From a virus, in IMG/VR virus record IMGVR_UViG_3300025015_000001: a DNA stretch of 64,000 nt; one strand, given 5' to 3'. The first letter of the stretch is position 1; each line of letters starts with the position of its first letter. The notes under the pieces are model-generated. The model saw only the letters and a program-made list of their open reading frames with translations, was not told where the DNA came from and ran no database searches. Positions 1 to 9,296 of the stretch are shown here, in pieces. The position numbers were made by a program, and so were the translations under genes.

Positions 1-2
1 CA

Positions 3-632
3 GTCCCAGGTGCCTACGGTGCAGGAACTGCCGGATACATACTGGGTACTAATCTTAATACTACGGTAAGCAGCAGGTCTACTCACAGCGCAGCTGATGT
101 ATGGTCTGTGGCTACAAGAGTACTCACAGCAGGCACTAACATAGCCCTTGCTAAAGGAACAGGAGTTACTGGCTTTAACGACGTAAGTACCACTGATGTG
201 GCTACAGCAGTATGGAATGCTGCAACAGCAACTTATGGAACAGCTGGTAGCTATGGATTACTTGTAGAGACTAACCTAGATGCGGCTGTAAGCAGTAAAG
301 CATCCCAGGCATCTGTAAACGACATACCAATTAACCCTTTATTGACTAACGATAGTAGACTAAATAATCTAGACACTACAATTGGAAGTAGGCTTGCTTC
401 TGCTTCATATATCGCACCAGATAATAGTAGTATTACAGCTATAAAATTAAAAACAGATAACATTCAATGGGGGGATATAACTGATATTAAGGATGAGGCG
501 TTGGGTAAATGGGTACTCGATCCAGATTTAAATACACTAACGTTATATCGTCAAGATGGTGTTACTATACTTAAAACATTTAGTCTCACCTCTACCACAC
601 AAATCGTCCCAGCATACATACAGAGAACTTAA
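3..632 (+). CDS. 5'-partial virion-associated repeat protein (carries one 74-aa unit shared with 6270..7844)
   Basis: Frame is open from position 3 (VPGAYGAGTAGYILGTNLNTTVSSRSTHSAADVWSVATR...), so the track start at 108 is internal; Thr/Ala-rich. Confidence 0.7.
   Translation, partial: VPGAYGAGTAGYILGTNLNTTVSSRSTHSAADVWSVATRVLTAGTNIALAKGTGVTGFNDVSTTDVATAVWNAATATYGTAGSYGLLVETNLDAAVSSKASQASVNDIPINPLLTNDSRLNNLDTTIGSRLASASYIAPDNSSITAIKLKTDNIQWGDITDIKDEALGKWVLDPDLNTLTLYRQDGVTILKTFSLTSTTQIVPAYIQRT
66..295 (+). repeat. Dispersed copy of the 222-bp unit tandemly repeated at 7074-7517
   Basis: gtaagcag recurs at 66 and 288 (222 bp apart); near-identical to 7251-7480. Confidence 0.95.
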
Positions 633-764
633 ATGTCTATAGTAACTAAGGGGTATGGTACGGGCGGATTGGTAACTAAGGGGTATGGTGGTATTACTCT
701 AATTCTACGTTTTATACGTCGGTTATGGAGAAGACGTACCTTTGGGATAAGGTTTATTAGATAG
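633..764 (+). CDS. Small ORF (43 aa) with duplicated VTKGYG motif and Arg-rich tail; not in ORF track
   Basis: ATG directly follows the upstream TAA; MSIVTKGYGTGGLVTKGYGGITLILRFIRRLWRRRTFGIRFIR*. Confidence 0.6.
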   Translation: MSIVTKGYGTGGLVTKGYGGITLILRFIRRLWRRRTFGIRFIR

Positions 765-795
765 CTATTTAGATAGCGGGGACAAGGGGGGGCTA

Positions 796-1506
796 ATGTT
801 CAGGATATTTAAGAAATTTAAAGATTTACTAGATACACCAGTATCATACTCAGGACAATCAGGTAAAGTAGTAGCAGTTAAAGGAACTGAGGATGGTGTA
901 GAGTTTATAACACCCTCAAGTGGGACATCCACATTTTTGGGTTTAACCGATACACCAGCGTCATACTCAGGACAAGCTAATAAGGTGGTAGCAGTTAATG
1001 GGTCAGCAACTGGATTAGCATTTGCAACTGCAAGTGGTGGGGATGGTGGAATTTTTGTCGCCAGCTACCTAACATCATCGGGTGGTGGCGCAGCTCCAAC
1101 CCAAACTACAATACGTACCTTAAATTGGACACTTGCTAATACTATACTAGGGTCTACTTTGGCATCTAATCAGATATATCTACCACCAGGATCATACAGA
1201 GTACAGGGAAACTTTCCAGCATCCGTGGTAAATGGACACCAAGCTTACTTATGGAATGTATCAATAAGTCAAGCACAACTCTTTGGTAGTTCAGCATATT
1301 CAAGCGCTTTGTTTGGTGCGGATTATTTTAGTACTCAGAGTATAATACTTGGAAGAATAGTTTTATCTTCCTCTCCAACTACTACTTTAGAAGTTAGACA
1401 TTTTGTTCAGACTGTAAACCTTACAGGGACTGCCTTGGGAATACCTTCAGGGAATCCTTTAGGGCAGGAAATACAAGGAATAATACAATTTATTAAAGAA
1501 GCCTAG
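796..1506 (+). CDS. Tail-fibre-like virion protein
   Basis: Two copies of F..L.DTP.SYSGQ..KVVAV.....G..F, a motif I recognise from phage fibre proteins; beta-rich C-terminal domain. Confidence 0.55.
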   Translation: MFRIFKKFKDLLDTPVSYSGQSGKVVAVKGTEDGVEFITPSSGTSTFLGLTDTPASYSGQANKVVAVNGSATGLAFATASGGDGGIFVASYLTSSGGGAAPTQTTIRTLNWTLANTILGSTLASNQIYLPPGSYRVQGNFPASVVNGHQAYLWNVSISQAQLFGSSAYSSALFGADYFSTQSIILGRIVLSSSPTTTLEVRHFVQTVNLTGTALGIPSGNPLGQEIQGIIQFIKEA

Positions 1507-1522
1507 TTAATATTTACAGAAG

Positions 1523-2809
1523 GTGATAATGACAGCATACATACGATATACTAAAAATTTAGGAAATTCTGCAATATACATACGTCTTAGAAACCACACA
1601 GGACAATTTTGGGATTTTGTAGGATTACTGTGGATTACTACAGAAATAAGCGACTGCCGTATTTTCTTAAATGAAAAAGCAGATAGCGACCCAACGGAAT
1701 CTCTATATGTCAATAATTTAGTTATTCCTATCGATGAATTTTATGTGCAGGAAGCTGTATTAGTATCTACTGGAGAGGTAGTAGGAATAGATACTACAGC
1801 ACATGATAGCTTACTTTCGGATGTTTTATCGATATCTACAGCTACCTGGTCTTATGCGGCACGAACACTAACAGAAGTATCCGGTTTTACTCAATTAAAT
1901 GTTAGTAATTTTTCATCACAATTTAAGGTTAACACTGATTTATATATTAACGTCAATATGGTAACAAGTAATGGTACACCAGTTTCTGGGCTAATCTATC
2001 CAACTACAATGAGCGTGTCGTTATATGAGGCCGGGATATTATTGAGTACATCATCTAGTAATATAACTAGTTCTGAATTGGAGCAAGGGGTATATAGAAT
2101 AAAGATAGATAAAAGTTTACTAGACATCCCAGCTATAGATTATGTTCTTATAGTAAAAGATCCTGCTGGTAATGCTTTGGCTGATAAACTAGAGTTTTCT
2201 TTATATGAAGCTTTAGGAGTGGATGGGGCTTATCAAACCACCATGACAATAAACGATAGTGTTACATCGCTACCAATACCAGATGTACAAGTGTATGTAA
2301 AAAATGTTGATCAATCTCTGATCATTAATAAAGGCATAACAGGAGTAGATGGAAAGTATGTTGTTGGGCTTGGGGAGGGCATATACAAAATTATTCTAAG
2401 GAAGTCATTTGTAGACTTTACTATACCAGAAACTATAACGGTAACTTCTTCAGGAACTAATACATTTACACTTGAAGGTTCTGGTTTTAATGCCAGTTCT
2501 CCTACCCAACCAGAAACGTGCGTAGTGTTTGGTACAGTCATTGATCTATCAGGTAATTATGTTAAGGGTGCTAAAGTAATAGCTAGTGAACCTAATGGAA
2601 GTAGGTATAATGGTACTAATAAGGTAGTTAAACTTAATAAACAAACAACTACTGATATTAATGGATACTTCGAGTTAGAGCTAATTAAGTCTTCTCAATT
2701 AACCCCGCAGGGCACTATGTACAAAATAGAAATCACTTACCCGGGGTTAGTATATTCTAAGAATGTACTAATTCCAGACGCAAGTACAGTTGAGTTTAGT
2801 ACACTATAA
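1523..2809 (+). CDS. Putative virion protein with carboxypeptidase-regulatory/prealbumin-like beta-sandwich domains
   Basis: TDINGYFELEL and TGVDGKYVVGLGEGIYKI motifs; structural-gene context. Confidence 0.5.
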   Translation: MIMTAYIRYTKNLGNSAIYIRLRNHTGQFWDFVGLLWITTEISDCRIFLNEKADSDPTESLYVNNLVIPIDEFYVQEAVLVSTGEVVGIDTTAHDSLLSDVLSISTATWSYAARTLTEVSGFTQLNVSNFSSQFKVNTDLYINVNMVTSNGTPVSGLIYPTTMSVSLYEAGILLSTSSSNITSSELEQGVYRIKIDKSLLDIPAIDYVLIVKDPAGNALADKLEFSLYEALGVDGAYQTTMTINDSVTSLPIPDVQVYVKNVDQSLIINKGITGVDGKYVVGLGEGIYKIILRKSFVDFTIPETITVTSSGTNTFTLEGSGFNASSPTQPETCVVFGTVIDLSGNYVKGAKVIASEPNGSRYNGTNKVVKLNKQTTTDINGYFELELIKSSQLTPQGTMYKIEITYPGLVYSKNVLIPDASTVEFSTL

Positions 2810-2937
2810 AGCAAAGCGACCCACAGTCACAGGTGGTGCGGTCAGAGGGAATAAAGTGGAGGACGGAACACAGGCAATAGTCAGGCTGTAGTAGTACAAA
2901 ATGCACCTATTTTTAGTATTATCATGTGGAGTATAAA

Positions 2938-3825
2938 ATGGCTTGGCTAGATTACTTATCACAATTTGGTTCATTAGGTAGTGGGGATGGTCAATTTGCT
3001 GGATGGGGCTATCCTCAAATATATGTGAAAGGTCCCCTTCTTTATGTAGCAGACCAGAATAACAGTAGAATACAAATATTTAATACTGATACTAATGCTT
3101 TTATTGCAAAGTTTAATGCTGAGTGGCCAACTGCTGTCACAGTAGATGATTCTAGAATTTATGTCGTAGGTTTAGTTAGTTCAGTTGACCGTATTTTAAT
3201 TTTTGATAAAGTTACATATGCACTAATAGATATATTTGGTACAACTGGTACTGGGGATGGGCAGTTTGCCTATCCGAGTGGTATAGCAGTTGACAATAAC
3301 TATATATATGTATCTGATACGAATAATGGAAGAATTCAAATATTTGATAAAATAACTTATGTTTTTGTAGATAAATTTGGTTCCTTCGGGGCAGGGGATG
3401 GGCAATTCTCTGATTGTTGGAGTCTTGCTATTGATGATAATTATCTATATGTAGCCGATGTCCAGAATTATCGTATTCAGATATTTGATAAAATAACTTA
3501 TGCTTTTGTAGGTAAATTTGGCTCATTTGGAGCTGGAGATGGTCAGTTCTATGAGGCATATGGAATAGCAGTTGACAATAACTACATATATGCAGCAGAT
3601 GCATTTAATTATAGAATTCAGATATTTAATAAAACTACATATGCATACATTGCACAAACAGGTTCTTTTGGATCTGGAAATGGACAATTTACTGACCCAT
3701 ATGGGATTGCAATAACTCCCAGTAAGATTTTTGTATTTGATGATGGAAATCATAGGATACAAGTGTTTGATGGGGCATCAGTCCCTACTGCGCCGTCAAA
3801 TTTAAGATTGGTTCGTGGATTATAA
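2938..3825 (+). CDS. NHL-repeat six-bladed beta-propeller protein
   Basis: Repeated FGS.G.GDGQF..P.GIAVD...IYV.D..N.RIQIF; ATG 2938 follows TGGAG (track start 2926 is GTG). Confidence 0.9.
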   Translation: MAWLDYLSQFGSLGSGDGQFAGWGYPQIYVKGPLLYVADQNNSRIQIFNTDTNAFIAKFNAEWPTAVTVDDSRIYVVGLVSSVDRILIFDKVTYALIDIFGTTGTGDGQFAYPSGIAVDNNYIYVSDTNNGRIQIFDKITYVFVDKFGSFGAGDGQFSDCWSLAIDDNYLYVADVQNYRIQIFDKITYAFVGKFGSFGAGDGQFYEAYGIAVDNNYIYAADAFNYRIQIFNKTTYAYIAQTGSFGSGNGQFTDPYGIAITPSKIFVFDDGNHRIQVFDGASVPTAPSNLRLVRGL

Positions 3826-3875
3826 ATTGGGTATTAAATATAATCTGATTTATTTTATCTACCGTGAGGGTGATA

Positions 3876-4391
3876 ATGAAGATACTATCAATTTGGGGAC
3901 ATACTGAACGCCCGTGGGGTTATGAAGTTAGAGCTGAATTACAGGACACTGAGGGGAATATCTTTAGTGAAGTTTTAGCATTCCCTGAAGCGCCAACTCA
4001 AATAGAGATTGATGCTGCTGTTGCAGAACGGCAGACCCTCGTCTCTACACGTTCTGAACTAACTCAGTCACAGGGACAAGAAGTACAAGTAGCCCCCATT
4101 AGTGCACAAATTGAGGCATCAAAGGAAGTTATCAAGATGGTAGTTATGGAGTTCATTTTGCTTCATCCTGCCGCCTCATTTTTAGATATGCAAGAGTACG
4201 TTACAACAACGTATGGATGGCAAGAAGGGATGCTTGCCTCGCGGTTAGTGTACGATTATGCGACAGTAGCAAAGAGCATGGGATTGATAACAATACCAGC
4301 TAATACACCAGAGGAGATGTATATTTCCTTGAGACAGTTTGTTGTGGATACACCATTAGAGCAGATTAAAGCCTTATTAGGGGTGGTATAA
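3876..4391 (+). CDS. Hypothetical protein
   Basis: Clean ORF after GAGG; stop overlaps next ATG. Confidence 0.7.
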   Translation: MKILSIWGHTERPWGYEVRAELQDTEGNIFSEVLAFPEAPTQIEIDAAVAERQTLVSTRSELTQSQGQEVQVAPISAQIEASKEVIKMVVMEFILLHPAASFLDMQEYVTTTYGWQEGMLASRLVYDYATVAKSMGLITIPANTPEEMYISLRQFVVDTPLEQIKALLGVV

Positions 4392-6277
4392 TGGCGGCGT
4401 ATACGTCAACCCAGTCAGGGGATTGGAATAATGTAGCAACATGGGGTGGTGGCGGATATCCATCCATTGCCGGAGATACAGCGACTATAGCCAGTGGGCA
4501 TACAGTGACATATAACGTGTCAAGCGCCATCGAGTTGGGGGACATTTCAATAACAGGAATTTTGTCTTTTTCGACAGCAATGAATACTAAGCTATCGTTG
4601 GGACATAACAATGTAACCGTTAACAATGGCGGGGAATTAAAGATAGGGACAAGTGGCACTCCGTTGGATAAGGCCTATACTGCCGATATACTATTTAATC
4701 CTACCGCTGACAATGTTAAAGGCATCCCCATAACTAATGGAGGTAAACTATCTTTATACGGTGATCCCACAATTTATGGAAATTCAGACAACACAACTCT
4801 AGCCGCGAACTGGTCAGCAGGACAAACCTTTACCATAGCAGGGGACTATACTACGAAATGGATAGTTGGGCAAGAGGTGTATGTCCATAAAGGAGCGTAC
4901 TCCAGTTATCTGACAGATGTCCAAAAGTATACCATTGCAACAATAGTTTTAAATGGTAGCAATACCGATATAACAATCAACGAGGCTGCACCAGGAGTAC
5001 TATTTAAATCCGGGGCACCAGTAATGAACCCAACCAGAAATATTAGAATAGGAAAAGTGGGTGCTTCTACTGCTGTAGGTACTTACAATGGCAATAGACC
5101 CCGAATGTACAACAATAATTTAACATGGGGAAACACAAACGTTAATGTCAGTAATGTATTATTTACAGGTTTGTATGGAATAGAATTAGGGGTATCAGGA
5201 ACCTATAATAATATCTGTTGTAGAAATTCTGAGAATGCTACGGTTAACCTGTCACAGGGACAATCTAAGGGATCTACAGTTTCAGGGCTGTTTATTTATT
5301 GTGCTAAGGGAGTTAATAGCGCAAATGCGATGACTTTTTCTGGGCTGATTTGTGGAAGTTACAGAAGCGGGATAGTTGGTGGTACGTATGCAAATATCTC
5401 AGGGAAAATATTTGGATGTGACCGTGCAATAACTAGCAAAGCAACATTAGGACCTCTTAGTAACTTAGAGATATTCGCGAATAGTACTGCTCTTCTATCT
5501 ACCATAGTAACTTTGGATGAATCGTGCAAGCTCGGCTGGACCGATGCGGTATCTATGCCGAATGTCACAGATATACAGTGGGAGGACGCTTGGGGAAGTT
5601 TAACACAAGTCAGGTTGAGGGGGACTAAACTACCCTCTGGCGGACTAATCCAAGGGAACAAAGGACTAAAAGGACAACAAGGATTTTATGTCATTTCCGA
5701 ACACCACAATCAAACAAAAGATGCACACTATGCTTATCATGGTCAAGGAGATGTGATTAAAAATGATAGCGTTATACGATCTGGTGGGGGTGTAAGTGCT
5801 GTTGAATGTATACCGAATAGTATATGTGCTACTGATGCACCGCTAATTCCGTTTGAGTGGGTAGAAACCGATGTCCTTGCATCTCCTCAAACTCGTTCAA
5901 TATTTCTTAAAGGTGGAGGATGGTCAAGTTGGCCTACAAATACAGAATTGTATTTAGAGGCAGAGTATATCTCTAATGCAACCACATTAAGTAGGAGTAA
6001 AGCTGTCTCGACCGCTGTTTTAACGGACAACGTTACCTGGATTGAATTCCCAGTGACGTTTACTCCAGCGACAGTCGGTGATGTAGTTTATCGGGTATAT
6101 CTGAAAAAGTACCAAGCAGCATCTAAAATATATATAGATACCATGCTGAACCGGCAAAGCATGGATTCAAAAAAAGCCAGTTGGGTCAAGGGAGAGAGTA
6201 CTTTAGTAACAGATCAAACTGTAGGCGGGAAATATGACAAGTTTGCCAAGAGGGGGATAAGAAGAATCTATGGCTAA
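4391..6277 (+). CDS. G8-like domain / beta-helix virion protein (possible spike or adhesin)
   Basis: N-terminal SGDW...TWGGG.YP..GD.ATI..GHTVTY (G8-like), followed by beta-helix-like repeats. Confidence 0.55.
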   Translation: MAAYTSTQSGDWNNVATWGGGGYPSIAGDTATIASGHTVTYNVSSAIELGDISITGILSFSTAMNTKLSLGHNNVTVNNGGELKIGTSGTPLDKAYTADILFNPTADNVKGIPITNGGKLSLYGDPTIYGNSDNTTLAANWSAGQTFTIAGDYTTKWIVGQEVYVHKGAYSSYLTDVQKYTIATIVLNGSNTDITINEAAPGVLFKSGAPVMNPTRNIRIGKVGASTAVGTYNGNRPRMYNNNLTWGNTNVNVSNVLFTGLYGIELGVSGTYNNICCRNSENATVNLSQGQSKGSTVSGLFIYCAKGVNSANAMTFSGLICGSYRSGIVGGTYANISGKIFGCDRAITSKATLGPLSNLEIFANSTALLSTIVTLDESCKLGWTDAVSMPNVTDIQWEDAWGSLTQVRLRGTKLPSGGLIQGNKGLKGQQGFYVISEHHNQTKDAHYAYHGQGDVIKNDSVIRSGGGVSAVECIPNSICATDAPLIPFEWVETDVLASPQTRSIFLKGGGWSSWPTNTELYLEAEYISNATTLSRSKAVSTAVLTDNVTWIEFPVTFTPATVGDVVYRVYLKKYQAASKIYIDTMLNRQSMDSKKASWVKGESTLVTDQTVGGKYDKFAKRGIRRIYG

Positions 6278-7844
6278 AACAATGATAGATCTAGCTGTTA
6301 CTGGAAAAGTAATTGGTGATTTAACATATTCCTGGTGTAAGAAGATGAGCGATAGTTCTACTGTATCTACATCGGGAAGCACTCTTACAGAAAGGGCTAA
6401 CGGGATATATATAATAGATAATCCTAATGTTACCGAAGATACAGATTTTAGAGTATACGTAACAGCTGATAGTTATAAATATGCTGTAGGAATTTTTAGC
6501 CCTGCTGATGGGGATATAGCCCTAGCCAGTGTATGTACAGAGACAAGACTTGCAGAACTTGATGCTGCTAACTTACCAACAGATATTGCCGCGGTAAAAG
6601 GCGATACAGCAGCAATCCTTGATGATACAGGAACAAGCGGGGTAGTTCTTCAGCCAGTAGAAAGAAATTATGGTCATGCGGGAACAGCACAAGCAGGAAG
6701 CTTATCTTCTATTACTCTTGCAGCTACAGCCTCTTCCATAAGCAATATTTTCATCGGGCAGAAAATATCTATTTATGAGGGTACAGGAATTAATCAGACA
6801 AGAGGGGTCTTAAGCTATAACGGGACTTCTAAAGTCCTTGGAGTCGCGCGAAGCTGGGAAGTTGCTCCAGACGCAACCAGTAAATATCGTATTGAGTATG
6901 ATTTCGGACCGAAAGTTGATAGCAGCCTGAATGTGACTACTGGTACAAATTTAGATAAGTCATCTTATGTTTTGGCTTCCGGTAACCACACCGGGGCTGT
7001 AATACCCACAGTTACCGCAATCACCAATGATGTAGGGATTACGCAAACTGGAGCAGATAAAGCATGGAGTACGGCCACAAGAGTGCTCACGGCAGGCACT
7101 AACATAGCCTTGGCTAAAGGAACAGGAGTTACTGGCTTTAACGATATAAGTACCACTGATGTGGCTACAGCAGTATGGAACGCTGCTACAGCTACCTACG
7201 GAACTGCTGGTAGCTATGGATTACTTGTAGAGACTAACCTAGATGCGGCTGTAAGCAGCAGGTCTACTCACAGCGCAGCTGATGTATGGTCTGTGGCCAC
7301 AAGAGTACTCACGGCAGGCACTAACATAGCCTTGGCTAAAGGAACTGGAGTTACTGGCTTTAACGACGTAAGTACCACTGATGTGGCTACAGCAGTATGG
7401 AATGCTGCTACAGCAACTTATGGAACTGCTGGTAGCTATGGATTACTTGTAGAGACTAACCTAGATGCGGCTGTAAGCAGCAGGTCTACTCACAGCGCAG
7501 CTGATGTATGGTCTGTGGCCACAAGAGCAATAACTGATAAGGATAATTTTAGTCTATCCTCTGTTTCAATATCTACTATCGTAGACGAGATATGGGATGA
7601 AAGTACGACCACACATCAGACATCCGGGTCTTTTGGTTACATCGTTAGTCAAAGTGAGAGCACCCAGATAGATGAGATTATTATAATACTTAATGAGATA
7701 AAGGGGGTCGGATGGACTACTGAATCGCTTAAGGCTATCAAGGAATTTGTTGATGATTTAGAGACAAGACTGTCCGCCCAACGTATGGCTAGTATAGATC
7801 AAAAGACTGCTGCAATCCCACCAGCAAATATGGGCAGATTATAG
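6270..7844 (+). CDS. Virion repeat protein with two 74-aa tandem units
   Basis: ATRVLTAGTNIALAKGTGVTGFND...STHSAADVWSV twice; also carries the shared virion beta-domain (see findings). Confidence 0.7.
   Translation: MAKTMIDLAVTGKVIGDLTYSWCKKMSDSSTVSTSGSTLTERANGIYIIDNPNVTEDTDFRVYVTADSYKYAVGIFSPADGDIALASVCTETRLAELDAANLPTDIAAVKGDTAAILDDTGTSGVVLQPVERNYGHAGTAQAGSLSSITLAATASSISNIFIGQKISIYEGTGINQTRGVLSYNGTSKVLGVARSWEVAPDATSKYRIEYDFGPKVDSSLNVTTGTNLDKSSYVLASGNHTGAVIPTVTAITNDVGITQTGADKAWSTATRVLTAGTNIALAKGTGVTGFNDISTTDVATAVWNAATATYGTAGSYGLLVETNLDAAVSSRSTHSAADVWSVATRVLTAGTNIALAKGTGVTGFNDVSTTDVATAVWNAATATYGTAGSYGLLVETNLDAAVSSRSTHSAADVWSVATRAITDKDNFSLSSVSISTIVDEIWDESTTTHQTSGSFGYIVSQSESTQIDEIIIILNEIKGVGWTTESLKAIKEFVDDLETRLSAQRMASIDQKTAAIPPANMGRL
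7074..7524 (+). repeat. 222-bp tandem repeat, 2 full copies plus a fragment
   Basis: gccacaagag at 7074, 7296 and 7518. Confidence 0.95.
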
Positions 7845-7921
7845 TTTAGCTAAAAGTATAAGCTTAACCGTGTATGGTTGGGAACCATAGTAAGATATTA
7901 AATTTATTGGAGGACAAACAA

Positions 7922-8038
7922 TTGGCAAAAGCTAAACAAGGTAACCTAACAAACAGTAAGTTAATAAATAAAAATAAACACAAGTTTAAAAAAACTACCC
8001 AAGGAAACAGCAAAAATAGTAAGAAACGTAAGGGGTAG
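7922..8038 (+). CDS. Small Lys-rich peptide (38 aa); not in ORF track
   Basis: GGAGG upstream, TTG start; MAKAKQGNLTNSKLINKNKHKFKKTTQGNSKNSKKRKG*. Confidence 0.65.
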   Translation: MAKAKQGNLTNSKLINKNKHKFKKTTQGNSKNSKKRKG

Positions 8039-8074
8039 TAGTTGTGTGATTTTTATATATAATTTGAGGTGAGT

Positions 8075-9256
8075 ATGTCTAATCTAGGAACTACAGAAAA
8101 ATTAATATTCACAATAACTTTTGCTGGCAGTGGTGTAACAGCCCAGATTCCCACAGTAGTTATACAAAAACAAAGTAACTCCTATTTCTTTAACGGCGCA
8201 GGATTTGTTCCAACTTACGTGGAACTAAACATGACTGAGGAAAGTTCTGTCAACTTTCCAGGTAGATATTTTTATAGTTTTAATCAGGCATTAGATAATA
8301 GTATTACAAATGCATCTGAATCATATAGCATAAGATATAAAAATACTGGTGCGTATGCTTTAGTTGTAGATGAAGAATTAAATTTTGGTGCTCCTGTCAC
8401 AGTATCATATACTGCTCAAGCTCAACCGGGGATAGAATTTGTAAGACCGGGATTTCAAAATCCGGAGCAAACTTATATAGTATTAAATGGAAATGAGAAA
8501 AGACTTAAAGCCGCGTTCGTAGATGTAAATTCTGTATACTATGATCCATATGAATTAACATTGCAGGTGTACGATTATGGTAAGACCTTAGTTATAAATG
8601 AAACTATATTACCGCCTTTAGTAGGTACGTATATAAAAAGAGATTCCGCTGGAAATTATTATGTTGATTATACTACTACTATAGCAGGTGATTATGATAT
8701 TGTTTGGAGCTATCGGGACGTAAGTGGCGGCGAGCGGTTCTACGCAAGCTCCTACCTATATAGTATTCCTATACATGTAAATAGTTTATTTCCTTTATTA
8801 AAGAATCAGATAGATAAAGCGCAGAAGGAATTAGGAATTTTCGGGTACACTGACAGTAATCTTTATCTATATTTAAAGGGCGGTTTGTCTGAGATAAATA
8901 GATTCTCGCCAGAAACTTCTTTAAATTTTGTAACTTATCCTTGGCAAGATTATTCTCAATTACTTATAGATGCAGCTAGTATATATTCATTTTTCTCACA
9001 AGGAATTATTTCAATAGATACAGATAGTAATTACAGTCTTCAAGGAAATTCGTTTACTGTCTCACATTGGGAAAAAATTAGCACGCTACTTACAATGATG
9101 AATGATAGAATTAATAAGCAGCTTTACCCATTCAAAATGAAATTCGCGTATAAGGGGTCTGTAAGGGTGGAAAGGGGCGCTGGTTTTAGGCAGCAATCAT
9201 TATTTTCCGCAGCGCCGCCAATGACAAATTTTGGTAATGTTTTGGGTACTCGATAA
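8075..9256 (+). CDS. Putative head-tail adaptor/neck protein with N-terminal Ig/BppU-like domains
   Basis: C-terminal helical part (LLIDAASIYSFFSQG...NYSLQGNSFTV) resembles gp15-type adaptors; inference from pattern and position. Confidence 0.45.
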   Translation: MSNLGTTEKLIFTITFAGSGVTAQIPTVVIQKQSNSYFFNGAGFVPTYVELNMTEESSVNFPGRYFYSFNQALDNSITNASESYSIRYKNTGAYALVVDEELNFGAPVTVSYTAQAQPGIEFVRPGFQNPEQTYIVLNGNEKRLKAAFVDVNSVYYDPYELTLQVYDYGKTLVINETILPPLVGTYIKRDSAGNYYVDYTTTIAGDYDIVWSYRDVSGGERFYASSYLYSIPIHVNSLFPLLKNQIDKAQKELGIFGYTDSNLYLYLKGGLSEINRFSPETSLNFVTYPWQDYSQLLIDAASIYSFFSQGIISIDTDSNYSLQGNSFTVSHWEKISTLLTMMNDRINKQLYPFKMKFAYKGSVRVERGAGFRQQSLFSAAPPMTNFGNVLGTR

Positions 9257-9261
9257 TTATG

Positions 9262-9290
9262 TTGATTTTATTATATTTTTATGTTATACT
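9262..9290 (+). promoter_or_regulatory. Sigma70-type promoter
   Basis: TTGATT-17-TATACT with extended TG; ATG 7 nt after the -10. Confidence 0.7.
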
Positions 9291-9296
9291 CATACT

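Noticed and set aside
2810-2925. Purine/GC-richer intergenic stretch with short GGTGC/GCACC complementarity, possible structured RNA
   Set aside because: Pairing is too short to support; needs an Infernal or covariation test.
66-7524. 222-bp repeats as a diversity-generating retroelement TR/VR pair
   Set aside because: Differences are synonymous rather than adenine-directed codon changes, and there is no reverse transcriptase in the window.
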